A DNA stretch of 64,000 nt from Ramazzottius varieornatus. Taxonomy: Eukaryota > Animalia > Tardigrada. Below, in pieces: positions 23,101 to 35,700 of this stretch (its first letter is position 1; each line of letters starts with the position of its first letter). The stretch lies in NCBI GenBank assembly GCA_001949185.1, contig BDGG01000015.1, forward strand, positions 1,231,621-1,295,620, given 5' to 3'. The notes under the pieces are model-generated. The model was not told the DNA's origin. It saw only the letters and a program-made list of their open reading frames with translations, and searched no databases. The position numbers and the translations under genes were made by a program.

Positions 23101-23223
23101 CGTGATCACGAGAAGGCAAGGAATTCCTTCATTGTATTGAAGGCGTGACTGATGTTACAAATCGGTCTTACCTTGTAGAAAAAGCATCCGGAAGTTCGCC
23201 ATGTGGACTTGGAAGTACTGTGA
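20124..23223 (+). CDS. SLC30A9: Zinc transporter 9 (CDF family, mitochondrial), multi-exon
   Basis: Contains NIFIPAVRAMTDYLLKPS, AIEVWGSLDAL, FKFFAWLYTGSHSMFA, KPDKIHPYGYSSLRYVSSLVSG, DPSVNVVLLEDIAAVLGV and HGENIVDLLGSEVDRIE. The C-terminus KKHPEVRHVDLEVL* is typical of ZnT9. The start MSTGQHSFAVWRFLARNQRKL was chosen because it is phase-compatible with exon 2. Confidence 0.93.
21960..22053 (-). mobile_element. Short 94-bp insertion with 10-bp flanking direct repeat in an SLC30A9 intron
   Basis: Flanked by GTGATTAAGT at 21950-21959 and 22054-22063. The interior resembles 3525-3590 (TTGAAGACAATAG...CTCAAAAA..GAGGA) and has AATAAA on the minus strand. Confidence 0.6.
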
Positions 23224-23709
23224 TTTTGATTTTATTGTACTGCCTATTCGTCTTAAAGTTTTACCATTTAGTTATTTATCTCTTAATCTTCTGATTCTGG
23301 TTCTGTCTGTCGTCTCGGTGCCGAAGACACCAAAAAAACGCCTTCGCCGGTGGTTCCGATGGCTAAACTGGTGGGGTTGTCCAAATACTTGTGCACAAAC
23401 GATTTTGGATTATTTATTGGGAGGATGAAGAGAGTAATAATTATAAGGCACTGAAAAGATCTCTTGTAAAGCAGTTGGCTTGAAACTGACGGCAAAATAC
23501 AAGAGCAAAAGCTGAATAAGATATCAAGCTGAAAAGACATATCCGTCAAGGTTACCATTGAAAACAATTAAAAACTCTCAATTTTCGCCTAAGCGCACGA
23601 GGAAGGTAGCTTCTTTCGCCGGGATCGTTAGTTAGTCAACAGAAAAAAGTTATCACAATTGAAGACGGCTATCTATGAAAAGGAAGAGACATGGTCACTT
23701 TGGCGATTG

Positions 23710-26700
23710 TCAGCAAAACTCTGGCGGTGGCGCCAAATGACTTCCAGCTTGCTCCTGACCTATAAAATGAGACACTTATTTAGACCGCGACGAAAAAAAG
23801 ACCATCATAAAGGAAAGCTAAGAAACCCGCATAAGGCACGGCCTTGAGTGCGCCGTGGCGCTGTATTCGAACAATTCAAAGCCGTCAGAATCGAAAAGCA
23901 ATCTAAAGTCGTCTTTCGGCGAAATTTTGTCATTAGTGATGAGATAAAGCTTACCTTGAGCAAACTTGACGCATCGAGAAGTGTTAATTTGTGGCGTTTG
24001 TGACCAGAGCTGTTCTCCGCCCATTCCGTACTTTAGCGTGGGAGATTCATAGCCCGAGGAAAGGGTGGAAGCTGAAGACTGCGAGTTGAGCGATGCTGCG
24101 TCGTGGTCCCTCAGAAAGCCATTCGCAGTGGCACTTCGGTAGCCCGAGAATCTATTAGCCTGTCCTTCTTCCGCCTCTTGAGCAATCAAGCCTCCGACGG
24201 CACTGTGATACGACTCAGACTTACCCAAGGCGCCACGCATCGTCGCCGCTCCTCTGCTGCCCGTGTCATCCAGGTCCGTCGAAGACTGGTCGGTGGTTAT
24301 GCCGCTTATCCGAACACTCTTGCCACCACCAGCAGGAACGAAGCCTTTCTTCTCCAGGAAGGTTATTCGATCCTTGACTGAGCCGACTAGTGCCTCTGTG
24401 CTCTTGGATTTGGGTAGGGCGTCGACGTCGCTACTGCTACTTCGCCTTTTGTCAGCTGCAGCGACTTGTTCCTTCTCTTGGCTTCGTCGCTGGATGGCTT
24501 TGGCCAGTTCAGACTGAAAGTCGTTCTGCTTTGGACCTTCCATCTGTTTGGTAGCAGGAGGAAGTGAGCTTGTGGCCACGCTGTTTCGGTGGTAAGGAAC
24601 GTCGTTGTGAGGAACTTTGAGAGCAGGAGAGAAAGCGGCGTGTGGCATTGGTCCGTTAGTCGTTGGCTTGCCTATAATCACAGAACATGATTTGAAGTGG
24701 ATTCAGAATGGAACTTGGGTTATTTCACAAGGGCGAGCTGGTGTACTTTGTCGGGCTTGAGCAGCTTTGGCAATTTGTGCGGCGAAGGAAGAAGGAGCCA
24801 TCCCACCGCTGACGGGGGGCGGCGGCGGAGGAGGCGGCTGACTGTGCATGCGTCCAGCAGGTGGCTTGGTAATACTGGCAGGCGACTTGGGCACAGCCGG
24901 CGTCGAGGGCGAGCTGGAGACGACCGACGTGCCGCGACCCGAGGAGGCGTACGAGTGGCGGTCTTCATCGCTGAAGTAGTCGGGCTCCGGGTCTTCGGGC
25001 GCCGCGTACTCGGGCACCTGATGGACGTGGGCTGCCGTCTTGATCTGCGAGTAGGTTCGCTCGTCCAGGCTGAAGCTGGGCTTCATCGATGACCGTTGAA
25101 TGGTACCCACCTGATGGTGTTGGTGGGCAGCGGAGGAAGTTGTTGTAGCGTAGGCCTTGCTGGCTGAGATGGGCGGCTTCTCCTGACTGTTTTGCTGGTG
25201 GACGACGGGTCGAGCGTAGGCACCCGAGCTGTTATGATGTTGAGGGACGACAGCAACATTCCGAAGAGTGTTCTACAAAAACCGACACACGTTTAAACCA
25301 ACTATCAACAAGAACTATTCATAGAACCGTCAGACAGTTTCTCGGTTGAAATCTCATCACGTGTGTGTTATTCCATTAGGAATTGGACAAGCAACGATTC
25401 AGGTTAACACCGCTAACAACCTGCGCCACTTGTCGGTTTGCTTGCCGAGCTTCCTACTAACATTTCGCCATTTCAGGATGGAAAGAAAAGGGTATCTTCC
25501 AATGATGCTTTTCACAAGTCTTGTTTTCTTACCTGGTGATTGTGCTGGATGGTATGCAGCTGGTATGGTGTCTGCTGTTGCGGAAGTGGTTTGGTGACTT
25601 GGCGTAGCGGATTGTAGGCGATGGACATGCGGCCATTCTGGTAGACTTCCGTCGGTTGAGGCCGATAGACCGTGTCACTGTAGAGACATTCATCGTTCTC
25701 CTCGTCCGTCAAAGGTTGGTCATCTCCTTCGGCTGACAAGTCTGGAGTGCTGTGATAGTCTCTGTGAAGAGGCATCGTAGCACCGACCTCCGTTCTGCGA
25801 CGTTGTTCTTGTTGTTGTTGCTGTTGCTGCTGCTGTTGTTGTTGAATGACCGCTCGTTGACGTTTCATGTGGGCCACACTAGAGAAGACTCGCGTAGTGG
25901 TTCCGCTACTTGGCGTTGGTGATGATGGCTTAGCTTTGGGTAAGGGAGCGAAAGAAGAGAGGGTGGGCGCTGGTGTGACACTCCCAGCGCGCTCCATCAG
26001 CTCACCAATCTCCACGGCGGTGATCCTTCGAGAAACTGGCCTTGTGCGAATGGAGGCGATCTTGGTGGCCTCGGACGACGATTCGCTGCCGCTCAGCTCG
26101 TTCAGGCCCAGGTAGGACTTTGAGCGTTCGGGCCCGATAGTCAGCGACGTCCGTGGGTCTCTTCTGGGCGGTGGAGGAACTGCAACCAATACCCATCCAA
26201 TAACCAGTATCGATACCCATCCACTCAGTCAAACTGCAAGTTCAGCTGACAAATATGCTGTTGTAAAAGTCGAGAAGGTTATTTCTGACCTTTGGCGCCA
26301 TATTTGGCTAGGGAGCTGGAGCTGCCGTAGGTGCTGCTACGGTGGATGGGAACTAAGGGGGGCGACAGGACGGTCAGCGTTACCGAGTGCTGTGAATGAC
26401 GTATCAGGTTGACGGCGCGCTCGTGAGGGTACATTCGGACGTCTTCGCCGTTTATCGACAGCAGAAAGTCCCCGCTCCGCAGGCCGGCTAACTCAGCTGG
26501 CCCATTCTTGTCCACGTCGTCCAGATACTGTAGTGCAGGAGGAACATCACCGGCTACAACCTGCGCAAAAACCGGCAAAGGTTATTTCTTACATTTCTGT
26601 GAATTGTCTTGGTGGAAAAAGCTGACATACTTGAATTTCGCGATTGACTGTCATGTTGCCGCTTTTTGAGCCTCGCAAGACAAAGCCATAGCCTTGTGGA

Positions 26701-29700
26701 CCTCTTGGCAGCGTGACCGTCTTGGGTATTCCCGCTCGTTCGCGTTCTCTGGACGAGTCCCGCGAATGGGGTGTCGAGTCACTGAAGACAGCGCTGTCGC
26801 TTCGCCTCATAGTATGGACACTCCTTAGCGTATCGTTCCTGCCCGTCCCATATGTAGTGGTAGCTGGACAGTACGAGCTCATTCTGTCGCTTCTGTTGGT
26901 CAGTGAGTTGGCTCGTTCTTGGGGTCTCGACGAGCGGATACTACTGGGTGGTAACATGCGGACCGTGGCAGGAGTCGACGTGCTGTCGTCACTACAGGAA
27001 CTTTTATCAGTGACGACGCCCGACGTTGAGCAATCTTCGCTAGGCTGCGAGTGTTCGCCGTTACTGCCACCACTGGAGACGCTACCGCTGGTGGAGAACA
27101 TCATCAGGCTGCGGGAGGAGGGTGAAGGACTTGCCAGGACGGCGCTGCTGTGGCCGCCATGGGACAGTGAGGGCGAGCGCGAGGTCAGACGGCTGACGCT
27201 GTTGGTGCGGCTAATGCTGCTGTTGCTTGGGCTGCAACTGCGACGACGCCGCCGCGGATTGTACAAGGGCTTCTCACGCAGAGGCACTGCAACACACAAA
27301 GCCCATGAGAACTTTACAGACTCATTTCGCAATTTCGGTTGCGCGGGTCTCCGTCAAACGCCTTTGCACTGGGGCGCGCCTAATCTGTCAAGGTGGACAA
27401 TTACCGATATCTTTTGTCGAGTGACGCTTGATCACTTCCGACAACTCCGTCGCTCCAGCGATAACCGCCACGTGGAAGGCCGTCTGATTGGCAAAATTCT
27501 TGGCGTACTTGTCCGCCCCGCGAAACAACAAAACCCGTGCGCAGCTTTCCTGTAAAAATCAACGATAGATATCGGTAGGAATTAATCGCATTTAAGTCAG
27601 TTTTCACTGACGATAGCGCAATAAGTCATGCTTTGGCCATCATGAAGTTACATCATGACAGGAAGCCGATAAGATTATTCTATAATTTCGCTGCGCTGTT
27701 CTCCTGATATAGTATCTTTAGTGGGTTACGAAGCGTGAAATCGGTCGGTACATTAGCCCTCATGCCGACAAAACATGCCGTTCTAACTTTTGCCGGCAAC
27801 ACAGCAGGGCGGGCGCTCTTCAGCCCTCTCTTATCGGGTGGACACTTGAAGATCACAAGCCTTACATACAACGACCTGGATAATATCATTTTGACGTTCC
27901 TAATGGGGTACCTGATTATTCACCGCACAAACATGAAGAGGTGTGTTGCCCGAAGCGTTCCTGACGTCGATGTCCGCACCGTAAAAAATCAAATGCTCCA
28001 AATGGCGCACGTAGCCGTGCCGGCAAGCCTATCATCAACAAGAGAATATACAGTCTACACGGTCGAAGGTCCTCAGCAGCAATAAGCACTATGTGCAAAT
28101 AGCCGAAGCGTGAGCCACCATTCTCTTCTCTCCTCCAATCAAACATACAATTTTCGTCCATTCAACTGGCCAGAAACCAGGCCATGCGAATATCCTTGCA
28201 CAAAGAGCGACCGTTGACTTTGTTATGGTTCAATATTGTACCTGATGAACTTCCTGCCATCCTTGTGGGTCCACTGTCCCAATTTGCGCATAGTCATGCA
28301 GCAAGGCTTCGCAAATGTTGGGATCACTGGCGTGTGTCACCGAATAGTACAATGGCGTCAGCTCTTTCGAGTCTTTGTAGTTGGGCGACGAGCCCAGCTC
28401 CAACAGACCCTGTCAAGCATAAATAACAGTTTTAATTACAGTCTAATTAAGTTCTCCAACAACAGAAAATAAATTATTATAACAACATAAGCTGACTGGG
28501 GTCTTACATCAAACTTTCAAAGAAACTCACCGAAATAATTCACATGGCACAAATTCACGGTATTATATCAACTAGAGTTTTTCATCGAAGAAGTTGCTCT
28601 ATAGATAACAAGTCATAATTGCCGTATCAATAGGCCGGTCTTTATCACGAAACTCATTGATAAGGTCCCATTACGTCGCAGTGCCAATTGCGGTTGACAA
28701 AGCCCAAGTCAAAGCAGCAAACTAATTGACAAGACTACTATGAATCAAACATCTGCATGTGGAATTGCGGGTGCTGACGAAAGTACCTTAGCAGCTTTGA
28801 AGTTATTGTGTTGGGTGGCCCGGTGGAGAGGCGTGCATCCGTCGAGAGCTCGAAAGTCAAGATGAGCACCGCCGTTAATAAGTGCCACCATGACCGGAAC
28901 CGGCTCTTTCAGGGCGGTAGCCAGGGTTAGTGGCGTCTCTGACAGGGGAGCAAAGAATGGCTCACATAATGAGGTGACTTTTAATTAAGCAGAGCACGTG
29001 CACGGTACCTCCATTGTCCAGGTCGTGGAAGTTGGGGTCGAGTCCCTTCAGGCATAACTTGGTGATCTTCTCCGTCTGCGAGTTGAGCACATATTCGATG
29101 AACTTTCTCAAGTTGGCCTGCAACAAGACGGCGTGATTACTCAATCATTAGCGTCAACGCTGAGGGAAAAAGTCATACAAAGTACAAGTAAATAAGATGA
29201 TCCAGCGGATATTACGCAAAAGTACCACAGCGCGCTGTATTGACAGGACTTGGCACGGAACGCGAGGTGAATGGAGGAGGAAGAAAACTTATGAACAAAC
29301 AAACATATTTGCATATACTCATACCTTGCTCATAAGTTGCTTTAGTGTCTTCTCATCTAGATTAAGCATTTTGTAGACGCGGCGCTTATACTTCAGCTGC
29401 AAAAGAGAATCCGACAGAATCCGTTAGATCAGAGGTCCATAATGCAAATAATGGCTATGAGGAAGTAAAGGGATAAAGAACACGCCGGATGAACGAGCAA
29501 AGTGGCTGGGCGTGATTCTCACTCATCCGATCGATGGGAGAAATAACTCTATAGGCCGATAACAAGCAGAGACACACAAAGATGGGTTTTCCAGACAAGT
29601 CAAAGAATCTGCGCAATTATGCTGTCGTCATTTCCATCTCTAATCAAGTTTGCCTAAGCTTTTGGCGTCCATCACAAGCACAGACTCCGACATATGGGTC

Positions 29701-32700
29701 TTTCGTTTCATCTCGTCTCGTCTCATCTCATCTCATCTCTTCTCTCCGACAACCAAAAGAAAGATGCGGACCACGACACCCTGCCTCCGCGGCAAGGGCA
29801 TCATCTGCTGAGCCCGCTGGCCACATATCATCTCGTTTGTACTCACTCCAATGTAGCACAGACCATGCACGATAAGATAAACGCGATGCTGTGGGTGCTC
29901 TGCTGGCCAGCATTACACACTTTCTTTCATTTCGCGGTCGCCACTTTCTACCTGAGATTACGCCACTTATGCCTCAACCTAGCTTCTGCTCTAGCGCGCC
30001 AAAAAATCAAGGTCGACAACGTCTTCAACGTCGACACAAGGTGAAGGTGCTCGTTTTCGACGGTTAATAGCTTATGATAACTACCAACTTTGGTTCCTCG
30101 ATGGTGACGCTCAGCTTATTAACACACTTTCCTAAAATTAACCACCTTCTTCGTCTACTTTCGTATGAATATCTAGGAGAATGAAGGCAAATATTATTTT
30201 CTACACTGATTCTTTGGTTAGGTCAGCTTGGGGGGGGGGGGATTTGCAGTCTCGGTGTTCACCCAAATTTGGAAACCTCGGTGAATTCGAGTGACTCGCG
30301 TTGAATCAAGAAAGCTTCTGTTGTCGGATATTTGCTCAAGACGTTGACCACATAGCGGACTAAGTCTTGATCAATCTTGTTGTCGACTACGTCAACATCC
30401 AGAGCGCCATAAGACAAGGCAAAGGTAACCTTCCCAAGACCTCAACGAGCCCTTCCTTCCTTGTCTGTTTACCATGTGTTCTCTCACGAGCAACGGAGAA
30501 GAAACCTTCTTTTTAGATGTGAGGGTTTAGGCTCATGTGCCAATCAAACGCGCAACGTAATCGGCATACATATGCATGTTACACATTTTGATGGACAGAG
30601 CCACGACATTTCGTTACGTTGTAGGCAAACACTGCAGACTGTAGATTGACAATACGCACCTCCAAATATCCAACATGACCGGGCATTGGGTAATCCTGGA
30701 GCAAGCGTTCGTCATCCAAAAACTTTCCGGCACGTCCGTTATACGGCGGACAAAATAAGCCATAGTTGAAGCTATCTTTTAGTTCCTACAAGAACAAGAA
30801 CACAGAAAATCAGGCCGGTGATGAAACAATCAAACATCCGTTGCTTATCTTCGGAAATTACCCATCAGCAGAAACTCCAGTCATTATGTCGGAGAACTGA
30901 ACAATCTCTCCGCATAATAACTACACAGTATTTGCAATACAGCATGAAAAATAGGCGTTTGTGGCTAATAGTGGGGTACCGTAATTCTAGCCTTCCTTAT
31001 CGTCGCACAACACCGCCCACTCCGCAGGCAATCACAGGGTTGTAAGGTCGTAATTCAGAAGACGGTGTTGGAGACAAAATTCTAAACAGCAGTTCGAGCT
31101 ACGCCTTTCGACATTTTATGGGTCGATCTCAATTCGCTCTCATCGAGTCAAGTTGGATAATAAAGTAGAATACGAGCGGTTTTAACTGGGACGCAAAACG
31201 GCAAGACACATGTGCTAGGTGAGATCGAGGTATACCTTATTGATACCACAGTACGATAGATAAAACGTCTTTTTTCTTCTCAGGTGATCGCAAGAGAGCG
31301 GAGAAAAAGCCAACTGCCCACTCCAGATGCGAAAGACTCTGACCATGACGTCCGAGGCGACGGTGTGGAACCAACATTCTCAGTCCGCTCCGTTGGTTCA
31401 CACAATGGTCTCTCAAGAAAGAGATCGACCCTTCTTTGGCAACAACAAGCGATGCAGTGTTGCTACAGTTCGCAGGTCTTGTGTGGGAAACCGGTATGCA
31501 GGTTTGCTGGTGGTCGGATCAAGAAAGTGAAAAAGTTTGGCGCGCGAGCCGCGACCGGGCAGTATGAGATAATTGATATTTGCCTAAGACTTACCCCGAT
31601 TTATCGCCGTCGGTTAGACTTTTCTCACCTACACCGCGCTTTCTGAGTTTCTCCAGCGCTAAACTTTCACGACAATTATAATTGCTAAGCGTTCAGCTTA
31701 CAATTGTAGAGTGTATAATATTATGCCGACTGCTTTTGTGACTGTTCTGATACGGAAGAGCTCTGACTTTCGTGGCGGTTCAATTTTGTCGCTAAAACCT
31801 TTTTCGACAATGAGATGATATGACATGACACGTCGAAATTGGTTCGTAACTGTTTTGAAAACTCGCTCAGGTGGACCAGCTCTTTCCCTCCAACAAACTA
31901 GATTCCACTTCTTCGACTTCGAGAATCAAACTCACAGAGTATAACTGCAACGTTGTTCCCATTTTGTGATACACGTTAAAACGGACACCCGATTCTTGCT
32001 GGTTCTCACGATCTTCGCGTTGTTCCTTAAGGCAGAAAAATTTGGAATACTTCTCACCCTTTGGACTGTACGTCGTTCAGGGCTTTCCAACATTTCGTAA
32101 TTCTATTATTGGAGCAGTGTGATCGCCAGACCACAACAATCCATGGCGTGTGTTTTTTTGTGAGGAGCCGTAATGCAGCGAGTGCGGAAGTCCGCACTAG
32201 ATGCTCTCTGATGGACAAATCAAAATACACAATGTGCAAAAGCTATTCTGCAGCCTCTATTGTGTAGTGTATAGCACATTTCAATTTTTTCGCCTCGCAC
32301 TCTGATCGTCTTTGACAACGGCTTTGCTTTCGAGCTGCAGCCGGCTTGGCTTCCGCTCGAACTTACCCATAGGCCATAGTTGCCTATAGAAAGGTTTGCC
32401 GTATGAATTGCAGAAGTTATCTAACGATAACGTTATATTTGAAAGTGCTTTCTGAAGTAGGAAAATTTAGTGTGGCTATTGACGACTGACCACTGGCCCA
32501 TCTCAACAGCGTGCTATCTGTAATTGCCCACACGACCGTTAAATCTAGCCGGTAGTGAGCTTCACGCTTGAGGTAAAGTATAGGTTATAACAAAAAGCAC
32601 GCAAAGACGCGCTCTTGTTGACTGGAGTTTCCGGTAGTCAAAAGACCTTGGTGAGCCGAGCACCAACGCGGTTTCGATCGTGAAAGACAGCCTTACCTTT

Positions 32701-35700
32701 GGCAATGTTGCAAACAGCTTCTGTTTAACTTCCCAAATCGGCGTAGTGGGCGGAAATTGCAGGCATTTCTGTAACAACAACAGTCTCCACAATAAAACTG
32801 TTTCGGCTCTATCCTAGTTTGGTTTCGGCGAGCTGTGCACTATAAATCATTTTATGTATTTAGAGCAACGTTGTTGTTATCTTCGTAACTTCGCGTTCGT
32901 TTCTTCTTTGGTCTTGCCGCCTGTCCATCACGCTCGCCCAGTACGGTCGGACCATCAGATGAACAACTCACGTTAAAAATAAAGAAGACCATTAGGCTGC
33001 CCGCAGTGAGGAAATATTGACAAATAAATAAGTTGCCCATTATTCATTGGAACAAGTATGAAAGAATGTGCCTACAGCAAAGACTGAGATTATCAGCTTC
33101 AAGCTGTCTATATTCACCAATATGAATAACTGTTCTTCTTCGTTCCACGTTGTGTCCTACTCATACGAACCACACTGCCGGTTCTACACCTACCAGGCGA
33201 CGTGTTCGTAGGACCCGTTAGACTTTAGAAAGGCAAAACCCATTTAGAACTCCCGTTCAAAGGCACCCGAAGTTCGACAAAGAACAAGCACCTACGCTAA
33301 CAGCTTCAAGGAACCTTGAAATATCGCAATGAAAAATGATTGCATAAAAAAGTTTGTCCTTCAGTGAGTCTGACGGGCAGAAACCTCATGTGTGGGCGCA
33401 GGTCAAGCAAATCACAAAAAAGAGTCTGCTTCTCACGACTACGCTCCTCCAGCAAACTGCACATTAGATGTCCATTTAAAAAATTCAGACGGTTAATTAG
33501 CATAAATGCATAACGTACGTTGGCAAATGACATAATCAAGGAGGTAGATCCGACATGAGCAAAGTATACACGGTTGAAGTGTGGATGCTGCAACATCCAC
33601 TTATCCGCCGACCAAATCCCACTGTCCTCCATCGTTTATACAATAAATCAAATGAATGATGTTCCCCAGCGGAACCTCGGACTCAAATTAAACTGTCGAT
33701 AATCCTCGGCGACCTCGACAAGGTATGCAATTCCCCACATGGCCACGCTAAAGTCTGGCAAACCATTCTACCCGGGTAAGTCCGTCGCTACGGTAAAAAA
33801 GCTCGATGGTCGGCGATGAGCGCGAAAGGACAAGTGGCTGGCTCTGTCGCACAAAAACGTGCTTGTTCGCCAGGTGAAGAGGATGGCCACATCAAAGCTC
33901 CTCTCAGCATCACAAGTATTAGCGCTTCAGCTGTCGCGGATCGGTCATAAAAACGCTCTCAAGACACCAACCACCAACAGCAGCCAGATGTTTTCTCGAT
34001 GAAGAGATAGGCGCTTGTCACAACACACGGCAGAGTTCAGGATGTGACCGTGGTCTAAACCGGATCGACGATTGGAGCCTGACACAAAAGGATGGCCAGG
34101 TCGATCAGACGAAAGGAATATCCTTGAAATATTTCAGCCGTCGATAACCACGATTTACAAGCAGGAATAAAGTAAGTAGGAATTCTTCAATCGACTTTTC
34201 AGCTCAGGTGAATTGAAGGATCTACACTCTACCAGCTGACATTGAAGCATGAACGATAATCAATCTCTCTATCCGCCAAGCTGTGAACATGCGAACAACG
34301 CACACACTCTGCCAGGTATCAAAAACTACGCCCGTCATCGTCGTGTTTCGTAAAGTGCCTCCTTGTCACACATGAAAAAAGGTACGTATGGCATGATCCG
34401 CGTCTTTGCAAAAGAGCTCAAAGCCTTTAGCAAAATTTATCTCGCTGGCCATCGTGGCAGATTTCCATCGAAGCTGAGCTCTGTCATGCACGCCCTGCAC
34501 GAAAGTTAGCAAAATTGCCTGGGGCGGTACTTTACTGCTACCTACCTGTATATGGCACCATCGTACTGCATATATCAGTCCCACTGCGAATTGATACAAG
34601 GTATAGCAGCTGCGTCAGGGTCAGCACAATCAAAAGACACAGAAGGATACAATCTGCATGTGGTCTATCAGAGTTGCAACTGGCCAGTGTCCATTCAGCA
34701 AAGTCAACAATCGGCCTGACGGCGCCGTACACACCCGAAAATCCATTCAAAACAGGGGGCGCTAGTCACGGTCACGTTTTGCTCGCCCTTCATTCCACCC
34801 TTTTTTCCCCCTAGCTGAAGAAAGTCCCAAGTAACGTGAAGGCCTAATGCGTTTCTTTCCTGAAGTAAATCAATATCTGTCAAAACAAACCAGATGTCTT
34901 GTTAAAGCGACAACTTTTAGTCGTTGCGAACTTTCTACTGACCGCGTACGGACTTGATAGAGGTAAATCACCCTTTCTGATCCGGAAGTTTCGCACCGTT
35001 TAGGCGAAATTGCTTGGTCATGAAACGAGTTGGGTTCACATCAATCTCCATTTCTTTGAACGACTCAACCTGCAGTTGACTAGTGGAGGTGAAACTCAAT
35101 TAGCAAAGCCGCACCATCTCGACATGGCCTCAATAATTTGTCGCGCTACGCCAACCGCACCTCAATCAACAATGCCAATGCTTGTTACCAACCATAAATA
35201 CAGCCGAGGCGAACACCAAAACCTGAAATTTGCATAATTACACTAAGACCTCGATGGTACCAATTCTGGTCATGAAGACCTATTTCTGGTAAAGATGGTT
35301 CTGATAAGGCAACGTGGGGTCTTCGGTGACGCCACTGTCCGACATGTTTACTACCAGATTAGCACCTGACGAATCGGACAAGCAATTAAGTTACACGAGC
35401 AGCATATCGTCCTCGAATATGTCATGAATATGCTGTCAAATATTAACCATACAGTTCGGCTGCATGATGCGATATGAATCGATGGTTGTGTATGCCTGAA
35501 TGGACAATGCGGGACATGTGCGCCGCGGGAATGCGTAATCATTGATCGGAGCCTGAGGTAGCTAGGAGAATGCCCATATGTCTCATGGCCAACGTCCACT
35601 TGTGTTCCGGCCTCGAGCCGTGGAAGCAGACACGCCGGACTGATGCATACGCTGTTTACTACCTAGCTGCGCAAAGTAGATTACATGCTTGCTCTCCACG

